IMG/VR virus record: IMGVR_UViG_3300005529_000002
Coordinates: 35,933-99,932 of that record
From: a virus
Strand: one strand, 5' to 3'
DNA: 64,000 bases
This document shows positions 53,101 through 61,347 of this stretch, piece by piece; within the stretch, counting starts at the first letter, position 1; each line of letters starts with the position of its first letter. The position numbers were made by a program, and so were the translations under genes. The notes beneath the pieces were generated by a model that saw nothing but the letters and a program-made list of their open reading frames with translations, had not been told where the DNA came from and did not search any database.

Positions 53101-54285
53101 ACCTCGCCGCAGATCGCGGCCACCCAGAACATCTCCGCAACAGGGTTCACCCCGGACGGCTCCGAGTACAAGGGGCAGTACGGGTTCCAGAGCGGGGCAC
53201 ATCCGGCCACCACGTACACGATGAGCGCGGTCGCCGCCGCCGTGGCCGGGGCCTACACCTCCGGCCCGTCAGCCCGCGCGGTATCGGCAGGGTTCGGGAA
53301 TCCGGGCGGGTACGCGAACGCCCTGTACACCTCGTGGACCTCCGCCGCCCCGCTGGTCCAGGTGTTCACCGCCGCCTCGGCCGACGCTGAGACCGAAGCC
53401 GCCGCTGTCCTCGGCGCGGGCGACACGTTCACCGGAGGGTTCGGCAGCGGCGCGACAGGGACCGGACCCGCGCAGGTCAGCGCCGGGACCGGGGCATCGC
53501 CCCCCGCCGCGCCGACTCCGCTCGGGGACCTCGCAGGGGAGCGGATCGAGCGGATCCTCGCCTACGGCAACGTCCCGTACCCGGGCCGGAGCATCGACCA
53601 GGACCCCGCCATGGTCCAGGCCGCGATCGACATCCAGGGCCAGGCGGCGGCCCAGAACCTGGACAACATCCGCCAGTCCGTCACCGGCCTGCTCAGCGTG
53701 GACGGCAACGGCAACCTGTGCTTCCGCGACCGTGCCCGCCTCGCCGCCGACACCCCGGCGTGGGCGCTCGGGCCGGATGTCGGAGCCGGGCAGATCCCCT
53801 ACGACGCCTCCCAGAGCTTCTCGAACGACCCGCAGCGGATCTGGAACCTGATCAGGATCACGCCGTACGCCCCGGACGGCGCGACCCTGGCCACCATCAC
53901 CCCGTCGTCGTTCTCCGCGGCCCTGGCCAGCCAGGAGCAGTTCGGCGCCAGGCCGCTGCCGTTCACCTCCTACCTGCAATCCACTGCCGAAATGCAGGTG
54001 CAGGCCGACTGGCTGCTGTCCCAGTACGGCGGCCCGCTCCGGCGCCGGGTGAGCGGCTTGAAAATCGACGCCGCCCGGCACCCCGCGGCGTGGCCGGCCG
54101 TGCTCGGGATGAACGTGGGAGACCTCGCCACCGTCACCGACATGCCGTTCGGCCCCCCGGTCACGACAGGCACGTACAGGGTCACCAGCATCAGCCGGAG
54201 CATCGCGTTCGGGGGCAACGACTCGGCGGCCGAGGCGAGTCTCACCATTGCCCTGGATTTCGAGCCGAGCACGTATTACTCCTGA
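50107..54285 (+). CDS. Large minor tail/hub protein: Gly-rich N-domain, LamG-like domain, hub-like C-terminus
   Basis: Gly-rich repeats; DNADGYLTP.N.SSP.YP; ITVESWF...SHIAIY...ILAHY; DGNGNLCFRDR. Confidence 0.85.
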   Translation: MPSQTFTASGSWTVPANAVPGSVQVYAIGESGNAGTSVHGSTPGAGSGGGACGGEPSLGGLTPGTTVLTLTIPQGGTGNPTTVTGGSVTVQGNAGGSATGTSPGSGGAAGTNTVAFRGGNGASNSGSASPGGGGGGSAGSTGPGGDASGATGGAAGTGAAGPPSLAGAAGASGPGSLSAGTNGTAPGGGASGGGSGGSVNHTGGTGAPGQVIIIWQVFTFGFAGTGKGTGTFTGTIHKTGSFKGYTSGWMAPPVRVVNAWSGTFAQPAVFGNMPPALQSVVVPLTPAGSLGLGTGTPSAGNWLFCVSGLNEQSATSEATVAVSDDVHDFWRPGDETTSTWAVSQAAALTRTSGWYTPNLKRIPSAVYAAPNGCLDAQSVMVIEVTGLGPWDTVTGIYTSYAAAVTSLTLALPAPSAPVFLLAAACGDSAAAGQQLTPAGWNTLPPVSASNGVDHACDAVLTTAWTTGSSAVSVNATAASATDLSGVVIGVLQNAPSPIPAGANPAWAGRFIVEIGLGSGFQTPPDQVTWTKVTDNEWPGTYVPGSGTVKRAWTWSDSGGIQYGLGGLQSGEGTSQWDNADGYLTPSNSSSPLYPDVTTGTPVRIRAALGTIGGKTVNSWYVVQRNALKFTEKRTKGLRSFIEAGLTDIYSVFSAPCPSPYRGEVYQDNPHMWIPCDDQPVSGGVLPTQLRNAAEGTGLPLQIVPSPNGVSGQDGYSSSGAWTSISGSNPGADGTDLTALLNVVGTSVPPPSVAVYSVAADSGWMYGDPQSSPGIQAGGGPVTAQPGAAAWQQSGASGNTGSNGWFLACHDPSFPPLSGGITVESWFNYAYFRTAAGVNNAGTFYGETGQPYCPLTLWELATDTGPVCLLQLDLSGHLVFTTYNGTTPTSTTVYNSSDLRCNAWVNYTVVMNQGSWTVYVNAGLTAKATGSGAGMTSAWTWFIGNGDLGTSGGTNLAAIQHGGNCEASHIAIYPQMLPAYRILAHYNAALTGFGLIPAPTSPQIAATQNISATGFTPDGSEYKGQYGFQSGAHPATTYTMSAVAAAVAGAYTSGPSARAVSAGFGNPGGYANALYTSWTSAAPLVQVFTAASADAETEAAAVLGAGDTFTGGFGSGATGTGPAQVSAGTGASPPAAPTPLGDLAGERIERILAYGNVPYPGRSIDQDPAMVQAAIDIQGQAAAQNLDNIRQSVTGLLSVDGNGNLCFRDRARLAADTPAWALGPDVGAGQIPYDASQSFSNDPQRIWNLIRITPYAPDGATLATITPSSFSAALASQEQFGARPLPFTSYLQSTAEMQVQADWLLSQYGGPLRRRVSGLKIDAARHPAAWPAVLGMNVGDLATVTDMPFGPPVTTGTYRVTSISRSIAFGGNDSAAEASLTIALDFEPSTYYS

Positions 54286-54299
54286 CCCGGGGGTGGCTG

Positions 54300-54455
54300 G
54301 TGAAGGTCGGCACGCTGGTCCGGATGATCGCCCCGCCGCACCGGCAGGGCCGCGTCGTCAGGATCTCCAGATCCGGGCCGTACGCCACTATCTGGGTCAA
54401 CTTCCCCGGCTGGCACATCGCGAGCTTCTCGCCGGGAGGGCTGGAGATCCTGTGA
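54300..54455 (+). CDS. Small SH3/KOW-like protein (51 aa)
   Basis: MKVGTLVR......GRVVRI......WVNF. Confidence 0.5.
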   Translation: MKVGTLVRMIAPPHRQGRVVRISRSGPYATIWVNFPGWHIASFSPGGLEIL

Positions 54456-54473
54456 CGAGGGAGGGCTGCCCCG

Positions 54474-54728
54474 GTGCCCGACAGCGCCCTCGTGACCCTC
54501 CTCACCGGCACCGGGGTGTGCGGCGTGTTCTGCGTGCTGTTCATCATCGGCGCGATCTTCCCCCGCTCGGTCGTCACCGACAAGAACGCGGAGATCGCCG
54601 AGCTGAAGGAAGCGCTCACGGCCGAGCGGAGCCGGGCAGACACCGCCGTTGCCGCCACGTCAGCGACCAGGGACATCCTCGCCGCCCTCCAGATCGGGCG
54701 GGACATGAAGGCGGGCCATGACGCATGA
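54474..54728 (+). CDS. Lysis-cassette membrane/coiled-coil protein
   Basis: N-terminal TM plus coiled coil. Confidence 0.75.
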   Translation: MPDSALVTLLTGTGVCGVFCVLFIIGAIFPRSVVTDKNAEIAELKEALTAERSRADTAVAATSATRDILAALQIGRDMKAGHDA

Positions 54729-54946
54729 GGCTGCTCGGGAGGCTGACGTCGATGATCCTTCCGTGGCCGGGCAAAGGGGAACGCCAGGCCGCGATCGTCC
54801 GCGCCCGGCAGGAGAAAGAGCGGTCGCAGGCCAGCGCCGCCCACGCGGAACGGCTGGAAGGCCAGGTGCGGCGGATGGCCGCCCAGAACCATTTCGCGGC
54901 ATCGATCGCCGAGCAGATCATCCGGCATCACCGGGGGGCGTCATGA
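54725..54946 (+). CDS. Lysis-cassette hypothetical protein
   Basis: ATGA-coupled; NHFAA.I motif common in actinophage lysis cassettes. Confidence 0.75.
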   Translation: MRLLGRLTSMILPWPGKGERQAAIVRARQEKERSQASAAHAERLEGQVRRMAAQNHFAASIAEQIIRHHRGAS

Positions 54947-55323
54947 CGCAGGCGCAGTGGCTCGTGCTGCTACTCAAGGTCTTCCTTATCAGCGGGTTCG
55001 TGACTCTCGCCGGGTGGATCGCCCTGTACAGCGTCCTGGCGCCATGGTGGCGGAACCCGGTCGGCCGGACCCTGGTCGCCAAGACGGCCTTGATCGCAGC
55101 CTTGTTCATCCCGACCGGCCTCAGCTTGTTCTTCGGCTTCTCCCGGCTCGACTCCTATGTGGCGGCGTGGATCCAGGTGTCGCTGATCGGGCTGGTGACC
55201 CCGGTCATGATCTGGCGCTCGGCCGTGTGGCTGAAACTGCACCGGGCCGGGCGGCTGCCGAGCAACGGGAAGGACGGGTTAGCCGATGACCGATCCCGGC
55301 ACCCATGTGGAACGCGAAGATGA
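54943..55323 (+). CDS. Putative holin (3 TM)
   Basis: YSVLAPWWRNPVGRTL motif; three TM segments. Confidence 0.75.
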   Translation: MTQAQWLVLLLKVFLISGFVTLAGWIALYSVLAPWWRNPVGRTLVAKTALIAALFIPTGLSLFFGFSRLDSYVAAWIQVSLIGLVTPVMIWRSAVWLKLHRAGRLPSNGKDGLADDRSRHPCGTRR

Positions 55324-56089
55324 CAGATGGGCCGTGGAGATAGCAGATCATCCTGGCCGCACCGAATCGCCAGAGTTCCGCAAGGCCAAGGAGACCGCGC
55401 ACCGGATCCTCGCCGCTGTCCGCGAGCAGGACCCGGGCGGGATGCTGGCGTTCCTCGCCGGGCCCGCCGCGGGCCGTCCGCAAGCCCATCACGCTGGCTC
55501 GCTGTGGCTGCACGACGGCCACGGCTGGTTCCTGGTCCTGTCGGTGTGCGGCGTGGAATGGTCCGCCCAGTTCAGCGCATCGTCCGCCCGCGTCGACGAA
55601 CTGCGGGCAACCGCGCGGCGGCTTTACCTGCGGTTCCCCGAGACACTGGATGAGCTCCAGAAGCTCGGGTACCCGGAAGCCGCCCGGATCCTGTCCGAGC
55701 CCATCACCGATGCGGATGGCGTGGCACGGTGGACGGACTCCCTGTTCAACGCATGCGTCATGCTGTCTGCCCCGCTGCATTCGGGTACGGTGCACGGCGG
55801 CCAGACCGGAGGGTGGCACCACTACCCGAAATCCGTCTGGGACCAGCAGGTCACCAAAACGGACGGGTTCACGCTGTGGGTGACAGGCGGCGACGGGCTG
55901 GAGGCCGCGGTGACCCCGGTCGCGCCGCCCGGCTCGGGTGACGGCCGGGTGGAGGTCGTCTACGCGCATCCTGCGTCGGAGCTTCACCGGCAGATGACCG
56001 AAGCTCATGCAGCAGGCCAGCGGCACATCCTCGAGGCGGACCACCCGCTGGCGGAGCAGGCTTTCGCAGGGCAGGAGGGTACCGGATGA
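55286..56089 (+). CDS. His-rich conserved hypothetical protein (DUF6424-like)
   Basis: HPGRTESPEF, HHAGSLW, EWSAQF, WTDSLFNA, LH.G...GGWHHYP. Confidence 0.7.
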   Translation: MTDPGTHVEREDDRWAVEIADHPGRTESPEFRKAKETAHRILAAVREQDPGGMLAFLAGPAAGRPQAHHAGSLWLHDGHGWFLVLSVCGVEWSAQFSASSARVDELRATARRLYLRFPETLDELQKLGYPEAARILSEPITDADGVARWTDSLFNACVMLSAPLHSGTVHGGQTGGWHHYPKSVWDQQVTKTDGFTLWVTGGDGLEAAVTPVAPPGSGDGRVEVVYAHPASELHRQMTEAHAAGQRHILEADHPLAEQAFAGQEGTG

Positions 56090-56226
56090 CCGTGCTCGCG
56101 CACCTCGCACTGCAAGGACCGCAGCCGGGCCGGCAGGGCTGGGAATGCCCGCGATGCCAGACGGTGTATGCGCCGGACATCAAGGCGTGTCACTGCGCCG
56201 CCTCGCGCGGGACAGGCCGACACTGA
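56086..56226 (+). CDS. Small Zn-ribbon protein (46 aa)
   Basis: GWECPRCQTVYAP....C.C; ATGA-coupled. Confidence 0.65.
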   Translation: MTVLAHLALQGPQPGRQGWECPRCQTVYAPDIKACHCAASRGTGRH

Positions 56227-56308
56227 CGCCGTCGCTGGGCTGTCCCGGCTGGAAGAACGGGACGTGCCCGAGCGGGCATTTCTGGCTGAGGAACGGCGAG
56301 CTGGTGCA

Positions 56309-56569
56309 GTGCTAGGCCGTCGCGGGCACCCCCCGGCGCCGCCGCCCGATCACAGGCCGGTCGTGACCCGCGTCACTGGAACGGTTGAGGTCAAGTGCGC
56401 CGCGACAGGACCCGAGCAGCCCGGCCTCGGCGATGACCGGACCCCGTGGCGGCAGTACACACTTGCTGACATCGAGGCATGGTGCGCCGAACTGCGCAGG
56501 CTAGGGGCAGGTGACGGCCTGGTGCTGGATCAGGCGGACGGGCTGGTGGTCACCCTGGACGCATCGTGA
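56309..56569 (+). CDS. Hypothetical protein
   Basis: Coupled to the next gene; start uncertain. Confidence 0.5.
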   Translation: MLGRRGHPPAPPPDHRPVVTRVTGTVEVKCAATGPEQPGLGDDRTPWRQYTLADIEAWCAELRRLGAGDGLVLDQADGLVVTLDAS

Positions 56570-56850
56570 TCTGGCACTCGCTTCTCCACTGGCTGGGGCT
56601 CGACTCCGCCGGCGGCCCCGCCTACCTGGCCTGGTCCGGTTTCGGCAGCGACATCAGCGAGATCGGCATCCTCGGCGCGCTGGCGATGATGATCCGGCGG
56701 CACAACTGCCATGTCCGGCGGTGCCTGCGGATAGGCCGCCACCATGTGGAGGGGACACCGTACGTGGTGTGCCAGCGTCATTCCCCGCACGGCGCGCCGA
56801 CACATCAGGATGTCCTGGACGCGCACGAGGCAGCGACGGGTGACCGGTGA
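56566..56850 (+). CDS. Membrane protein with a Cys/His C-terminus
   Basis: WSGFGSD...HNCHV..C.RIGRH...C.RH. Confidence 0.75.
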   Translation: MIWHSLLHWLGLDSAGGPAYLAWSGFGSDISEIGILGALAMMIRRHNCHVRRCLRIGRHHVEGTPYVVCQRHSPHGAPTHQDVLDAHEAATGDR

Positions 56851-56954
56851 ACAGTGCCGCCGTCTACTGGCTCGCAGTCGCTGCGGCAGTCCTGGCCGTG
56901 CTGGGGCTGCACGTGCCGTTCATCAGGTGGGTCAAGCGGATGAGCGGACGCTAG
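56847..56954 (+). CDS. Small TM peptide (35 aa)
   Basis: MNSAAVYWLAVAAAVLAVLGLHVPFIRWVKRMSGR; GTGA-coupled. Confidence 0.55.
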   Translation: MNSAAVYWLAVAAAVLAVLGLHVPFIRWVKRMSGR

Positions 56955-58234
56955 GCGGCGTGCGCCGGAAGTGCGAGCAGTTCCGCTATCGCGTCGGCTG
57001 GGTCATCGTGGCGCTTGCATGCCTCAATCACCTCGGCAGGCGCTATCCCGGATATCTCCGGCACGCCGCCCGGCCCGATCGCCGCCCGCTCGTACCAGTG
57101 CCGGATCAGCCGCTCGGCCTGCCCAGCGTCAGCAAGGCCGAAATGCTCGACCAGGTCCACCCGGCCGGGCCGGATCACGGCAGGGTCCAGCACGTCAGGG
57201 CTGTTGGTGGTCAGGACGGTCAGCAGGCCGTGCGGCGTCGCGATCCCGTCCAGCGTGTTAAGGAGACCGGATAGGGTCACCTGATCGGGGTTGTCGTCCC
57301 GCCGGGTTGCGGCGTGGAACACGTCGGCGTCTTCGAGCAGCAGCATCGACCTGGGACCGACCCGGCTGGCCACGCGGAGCAGGGTTCCGTCGTTCTTCAC
57401 GTCGGCCAGCGGCAGGTACCAGACGTCCATGCCGAAGTGGGAGGCGAGCGCCCGCGCGACGCTGGTCTTCCCGGTCCCGGGCGGTCCCTCGTACAGGTGG
57501 CCCCGGTGCCACGGCATCGACCGGCGGGCATAGTCGCGTTCGGCGTCGAGGAACCTCGTGACATCGGCAGTCAGCCGCTCGAGCTGGCCGGCCGGGAGGA
57601 TGACGCTGTCCAGTTCGCGCGGCGGCAGGTCGTCCAGGGTTTCCCAGTCGCCCCATTTGCTGAGCATCCGGAACTGCGGCTTGCGCTTGCGGTCGAAGCT
57701 GCGCCGCATGATCGCCGCGATCTGGTCGAGCAGGGCCTTCTGGCCGACGGCGGACGCGGCGGTGAAGATGATCTCCGGCGGCTTCCACGGCCGGCTGTCA
57801 TCGCCCGACTGCGCGAACTCGGCGACGCCTACCCGGATCTTGTGACCGGCGACGGTGATGACCTGCTCGCGGGTCCCGTCGTAGCGGAGCCGCAGCGCGG
57901 GCGGTTCGGGTCGCTCACCTGATGCGGACAGCATGACCGCCCCGTAGGCGTTGTGCCGCGACGTGTAGGCGACGAGCGCCCGCTGGTCGCGGCGCGGCAG
58001 CATCCCGAGCACCCACTCGTGCAGTTCGCCGTACACGTCGTCGGTGCCGGGGACCTTGACGGTGTAGGTGGCCCGTTCGCGGAGCCTTGACCGCATCGTG
58101 CGGGCGGCGGGGAGTGCCATCTGCCCGGCCGCCATCGCCATCGCCAGCTTCGGCGCTTTCTCGCGGAGCACGGCGATCAGGTCCGAAGCAGGGGCGTTGT
58201 CCGGGGATTTAACCGGCGCAGGCTGCGAAGTCAC
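56951..58234 (-). CDS. BCS1-like AAA+ ATPase (moron)
   Basis: R.LDSVIL; Y....PWHRGHLYEGPPGTGKTS; LLEDAD; TLSGLLNTLDG; TTN...LDPAVIRPGRVD; leaderless CACAAT-6 nt-GTG. Confidence 0.92.
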   Translation of the reverse strand: MTSQPAPVKSPDNAPASDLIAVLREKAPKLAMAMAAGQMALPAARTMRSRLRERATYTVKVPGTDDVYGELHEWVLGMLPRRDQRALVAYTSRHNAYGAVMLSASGERPEPPALRLRYDGTREQVITVAGHKIRVGVAEFAQSGDDSRPWKPPEIIFTAASAVGQKALLDQIAAIMRRSFDRKRKPQFRMLSKWGDWETLDDLPPRELDSVILPAGQLERLTADVTRFLDAERDYARRSMPWHRGHLYEGPPGTGKTSVARALASHFGMDVWYLPLADVKNDGTLLRVASRVGPRSMLLLEDADVFHAATRRDDNPDQVTLSGLLNTLDGIATPHGLLTVLTTNSPDVLDPAVIRPGRVDLVEHFGLADAGQAERLIRHWYERAAIGPGGVPEISGIAPAEVIEACKRHDDPADAIAELLALPAHAA

Positions 58235-58302
58235 GGGCCAATTGTGCCATCCGGGACAAGTGGATGGTCCTGACCGTACCGCTTCAGCCAGGAGGTGCCG
58301 CG

Positions 58303-59133
58303 TTGAGCAACCTGATCATGTTCGATTCCATCACCCCGGACCTCCTGCCCACGGGTGCCGGCTACTGCTACGCGGGATACGTGTCCGGCAGGTGGCCTGA
58401 CATCGGCACCATCCGGCAGCGATTCCCGCACGCTCGCACCTTGTCGATCGCCATCGATGCCGCCCATGACGCCGATGCGCTCGACATCGAGACAGGCGAC
58501 GCGACCCCCGCCGACGCGGCGGCCTGGTACGAACGGCAGCGGGCAAGAGGGGTCACCCGGCCCTGCCTGTACGCCAGCGCGGACCTGATGCAGCGGAACG
58601 TGGTGCCCCTCATCGAGGCGTCCGGCATCGCGAGATCCGCGGTGCGGCTCTGGTCGGCGCACTACTCGTATAAGGCGCACATCTGCGGGCCAGCGTCTTG
58701 CCGCCTGATGAGCATCGAGGCGGACGGCACCCAGTGGACGGACACGGCGCTCGGCCGAGACCTGGACGAGTCTCTCCTCGCCGCTGATTTCTTCGGGACC
58801 GCACCGCACCCCAAGCCCGCCCCAGTACCACCGGAGGTCGAAGTGCAGTCAGGCCAGCTCAGTCAGGGTCCCGGCGCGGTCACCGTGATCAGCGTCCCGT
58901 GGGGATCGGCGTCGACCATCGCGTTCGGGTGCGACAACAGCCTCCAGGGGCTGCCCCCGGTCAAGCTCCGTGTCGCTATCTACGACACGGGGTGGCGTGT
59001 CAGCGACAACGTCGTCGTGGACAGCACTAAGGGGCAGACGGTCCTCAAGTTCACGGACAAGGCGCGCACCGGGGTCATCTCGGTGCGGCGGGAAGACCCG
59101 GGGGATGCCGTGGTGGGGTGGCAGGTGTCCTAG
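58303..59133 (+). CDS. Endolysin, GH25-like glycoside hydrolase with a C-terminal beta domain
   Basis: AGGAGG RBS; AGYVSG; LDIETGDA; PCLYAS; LWSAHY; TQWTD...DES. Confidence 0.75.
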   Translation: MSNLIMFDSITPDLLPTGAGYCYAGYVSGRWPDIGTIRQRFPHARTLSIAIDAAHDADALDIETGDATPADAAAWYERQRARGVTRPCLYASADLMQRNVVPLIEASGIARSAVRLWSAHYSYKAHICGPASCRLMSIEADGTQWTDTALGRDLDESLLAADFFGTAPHPKPAPVPPEVEVQSGQLSQGPGAVTVISVPWGSASTIAFGCDNSLQGLPPVKLRVAIYDTGWRVSDNVVVDSTKGQTVLKFTDKARTGVISVRREDPGDAVVGWQVS

Positions 59134-59268
59134 GTTCGGCAGCATCAGGCGTTTCCTCAGCTAGCCGCATGATCCCCTCGGCCAGACCGGGAAGCTCGGA
59201 GGCGTGGACGCCCGGCGCACTCTCAAGTTCCAGCATCGCATCGAGCCACGCGCTCCGGTTCTCCAATC

Positions 59269-59619
59269 TCAGTACCGTTTGCCTCGCCGCTGCACCACTT
59301 CCTCGACCTGCTGGTACCTGAGCTTCTCGGTCAGGCTCATCCGGTCGTGATCGGTGAACGAGTCCAGGTAGATGGTCGCGACGGCGAGCAGGCATTCCAG
59401 GTCATCGCGGAGCCTGCTGTTCTCCTGCGACAGGGCATACTCGGCCGTGAGCTGCTTCGCGCCTTCCGGCGTGGTGACGGCGGCTGGCCAGTGCACGGGC
59501 AGGTCCGGCTTGTCCACCGCTTGCGGGCCGCGCACCTCGGACTCGTGATGGCACCCGTCGGAGTAGTCGGTGTGCACCGATATCCGGATCGGATAGCCGT
59601 GCGAGGCGTGCGGGCTCAC
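59269..59619 (-). CDS. Hypothetical moron protein
   Basis: GTGA-coupled. Confidence 0.6.
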   Translation of the reverse strand: MSPHASHGYPIRISVHTDYSDGCHHESEVRGPQAVDKPDLPVHWPAAVTTPEGAKQLTAEYALSQENSRLRDDLECLLAVATIYLDSFTDHDRMSLTEKLRYQQVEEVVQRRGKRY

Positions 59620-60083
59620 CGCAGCCGCTCCAGGCATTCGGCCCGCGCGGCGGCCACAGGGCTCCCCGGCGCAGCGGCCGAGCGGATGAACGCGCCTATC
59701 TGCCCGCTGTCGCTGAGGCTGATCGCGGTGAGGTCGATGACTCCGCGCAGCCGCTGCACCTCAGTCACCCATTCCAGCAGCGAGTGCGTCTCCAGGTGGG
59801 CGCGCACCGTGTCGTTGAGAGCGGCGTAGTGATCCTTGAGCAACGCGATCGTGTCGTCTTTCGAGCTGATTACCCGGCCCGAGGTGTCGGCCCACGCGTT
59901 GTCGTGGACCCATGTGCATTTGTGCAGCGGGCAGCAGTAGCGGACCCTCGGCGGCTCCCAGCCGTAGCCAGCAACGGCCGCTGCCGCCTCACCCGCTAGC
60001 TCCCGTGCCTTCCGGATCGCCTCAGGTGATGCTGCCGCGATTCCCGCTGCGAGCCCCTCGCTGACTGCTTCCTGGTCCGCCAT
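59616..60083 (-). CDS. Hypothetical moron protein
   Basis: CP...C.W.H...AHLETH pattern. Confidence 0.65.
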   Translation of the reverse strand: MADQEAVSEGLAAGIAAASPEAIRKARELAGEAAAAVAGYGWEPPRVRYCCPLHKCTWVHDNAWADTSGRVISSKDDTIALLKDHYAALNDTVRAHLETHSLLEWVTEVQRLRGVIDLTAISLSDSGQIGAFIRSAAAPGSPVAAARAECLERLR

Positions 60084-60114
60084 GCGGCCCATTCCACCAC
60101 ACCACGGAGGTCAA

Positions 60115-60975
60115 ATGACCGCACCCGTACGCATCCCCGGCAAGCTCGGCCGTCTCCACGCCCGGTTCCCCGCCGGGCTCCGCGAACTCGGCTCCTACGC
60201 CGCAGGCCGGCTCCCCGCGCCGCCCCCGTCCGTCCCGGTGCCGCAGATCGCGGACTGGGACTGCCTCGGCAACGACACTTACGGCGACTGCGGGGTCGCC
60301 GGTCTCGCGCACGGTTTCGAGTCCGCCGCCGCGGACGCCGGCGAACAGGAAACGTTCCCCGGCGCGGACCAGGTCGTCAGCTACTACCTGGCCTACACGG
60401 GCGGCCAGGACTCCGGGGTCGTCCTGTCCGACTTCCTCGCCTACGTCCGGCAGCACGGCTTCTACGGGCACGCGGTGACAGCGTTCGCCCCCGTCGCCGT
60501 CCACGACATCCCCTCACTCCAGTTCGCGACCTGGGCCTACGACTTCGCCTACACCGGGATCGACGTGACGCAGGCGATGATGGACGCCTTCAGCGCCGGG
60601 CAGCCGTGGACCGCCGCGATGGCGCACGGCGATCCCCTCGGCGGGCACTGCATCCCGGTTGTCGCATACGACGGCACGTATCTCTACGTCGTCACGTGGG
60701 GGAAGGTCCAGGCCGTCGAGTACCCCGCCTGGCATGCGATGAGCAGCGAGGCGTGGGCCGTCATCACCGGGGAGGTAGCCGGCGGCGACGGGCACGGGAT
60801 CAGCCTCGCCGCGCTCCAGGCCGACCTTGACCGGCTCGGCGTCCCCGCACCTCCGGCATCCGCCGGCCAGCCCGGCCTGCTCGCCGACGTCGCGTCGCTC
60901 GTCCGCGAGGTAGCCGCCGACGCCAGCCGCGACATCTCCGACGTCATCTCATTCCTGCACGCGCACGGCCTTTAG
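60115..60975 (+). CDS. Papain-like cysteine peptidase
   Basis: GNDTYGDC (Cys), GGHCI (His), VTWG; GGAGG RBS. Confidence 0.82.
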   Translation: MTAPVRIPGKLGRLHARFPAGLRELGSYAAGRLPAPPPSVPVPQIADWDCLGNDTYGDCGVAGLAHGFESAAADAGEQETFPGADQVVSYYLAYTGGQDSGVVLSDFLAYVRQHGFYGHAVTAFAPVAVHDIPSLQFATWAYDFAYTGIDVTQAMMDAFSAGQPWTAAMAHGDPLGGHCIPVVAYDGTYLYVVTWGKVQAVEYPAWHAMSSEAWAVITGEVAGGDGHGISLAALQADLDRLGVPAPPASAGQPGLLADVASLVREVAADASRDISDVISFLHAHGL

Positions 60976-60984
60976 GAGGCTCCC

Positions 60985-61347
60985 GTGCTGAACCGCCTGC
61001 TCGCCCTCCTCCACGCCGAGCCCGCCGCCGTGTCCGTCGCCGCCTCCGGCATCGTCGTGGCCCTCATCGTCGCGTTCAGCCACCTGTCCGGCACCCGGGC
61101 AGGCTACCTGTCCGCAGGGGTCACCGCCGCCGGGACGATCGTGACAGCACTGCTGGCCCGGCCCGTGAACGTCGCCGTGATCGGCGGGGCGGCGGGGACC
61201 GTCCTGGAGTCGCTGGCGCTGTTCGGGGTGCACATGACCTCCGGCCAGATCGCCGCCGTGGTAGCCGCGGTGAACCTGGTACTCGGGTACCTCGTGATGC
61301 GGCCCGCGCTCACCCCCGTAACCAGGCCGCGGCCGGGGGCATCATAG
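60985..61347 (+). CDS. Holin-like four-TM protein
   Basis: EPA start, hydrophobic, R..LTPV end; AGGAGG RBS. Confidence 0.75.
   Translation: MLNRLLALLHAEPAAVSVAASGIVVALIVAFSHLSGTRAGYLSAGVTAAGTIVTALLARPVNVAVIGGAAGTVLESLALFGVHMTSGQIAAVVAAVNLVLGYLVMRPALTPVTRPRPGAS

Noticed and set aside
9887-55281. bldA-type TTA regulation (TTA at 9887, 14137, 17668, 55279)
   Set aside because: Three of the four lie in poorly conserved C-terminal tails and the host is not shown to be Streptomyces
59075-59266. Third gene of the 59-60 kb reverse cassette
   Set aside because: Weak start and overlap with the lysin 3' end; not supportable
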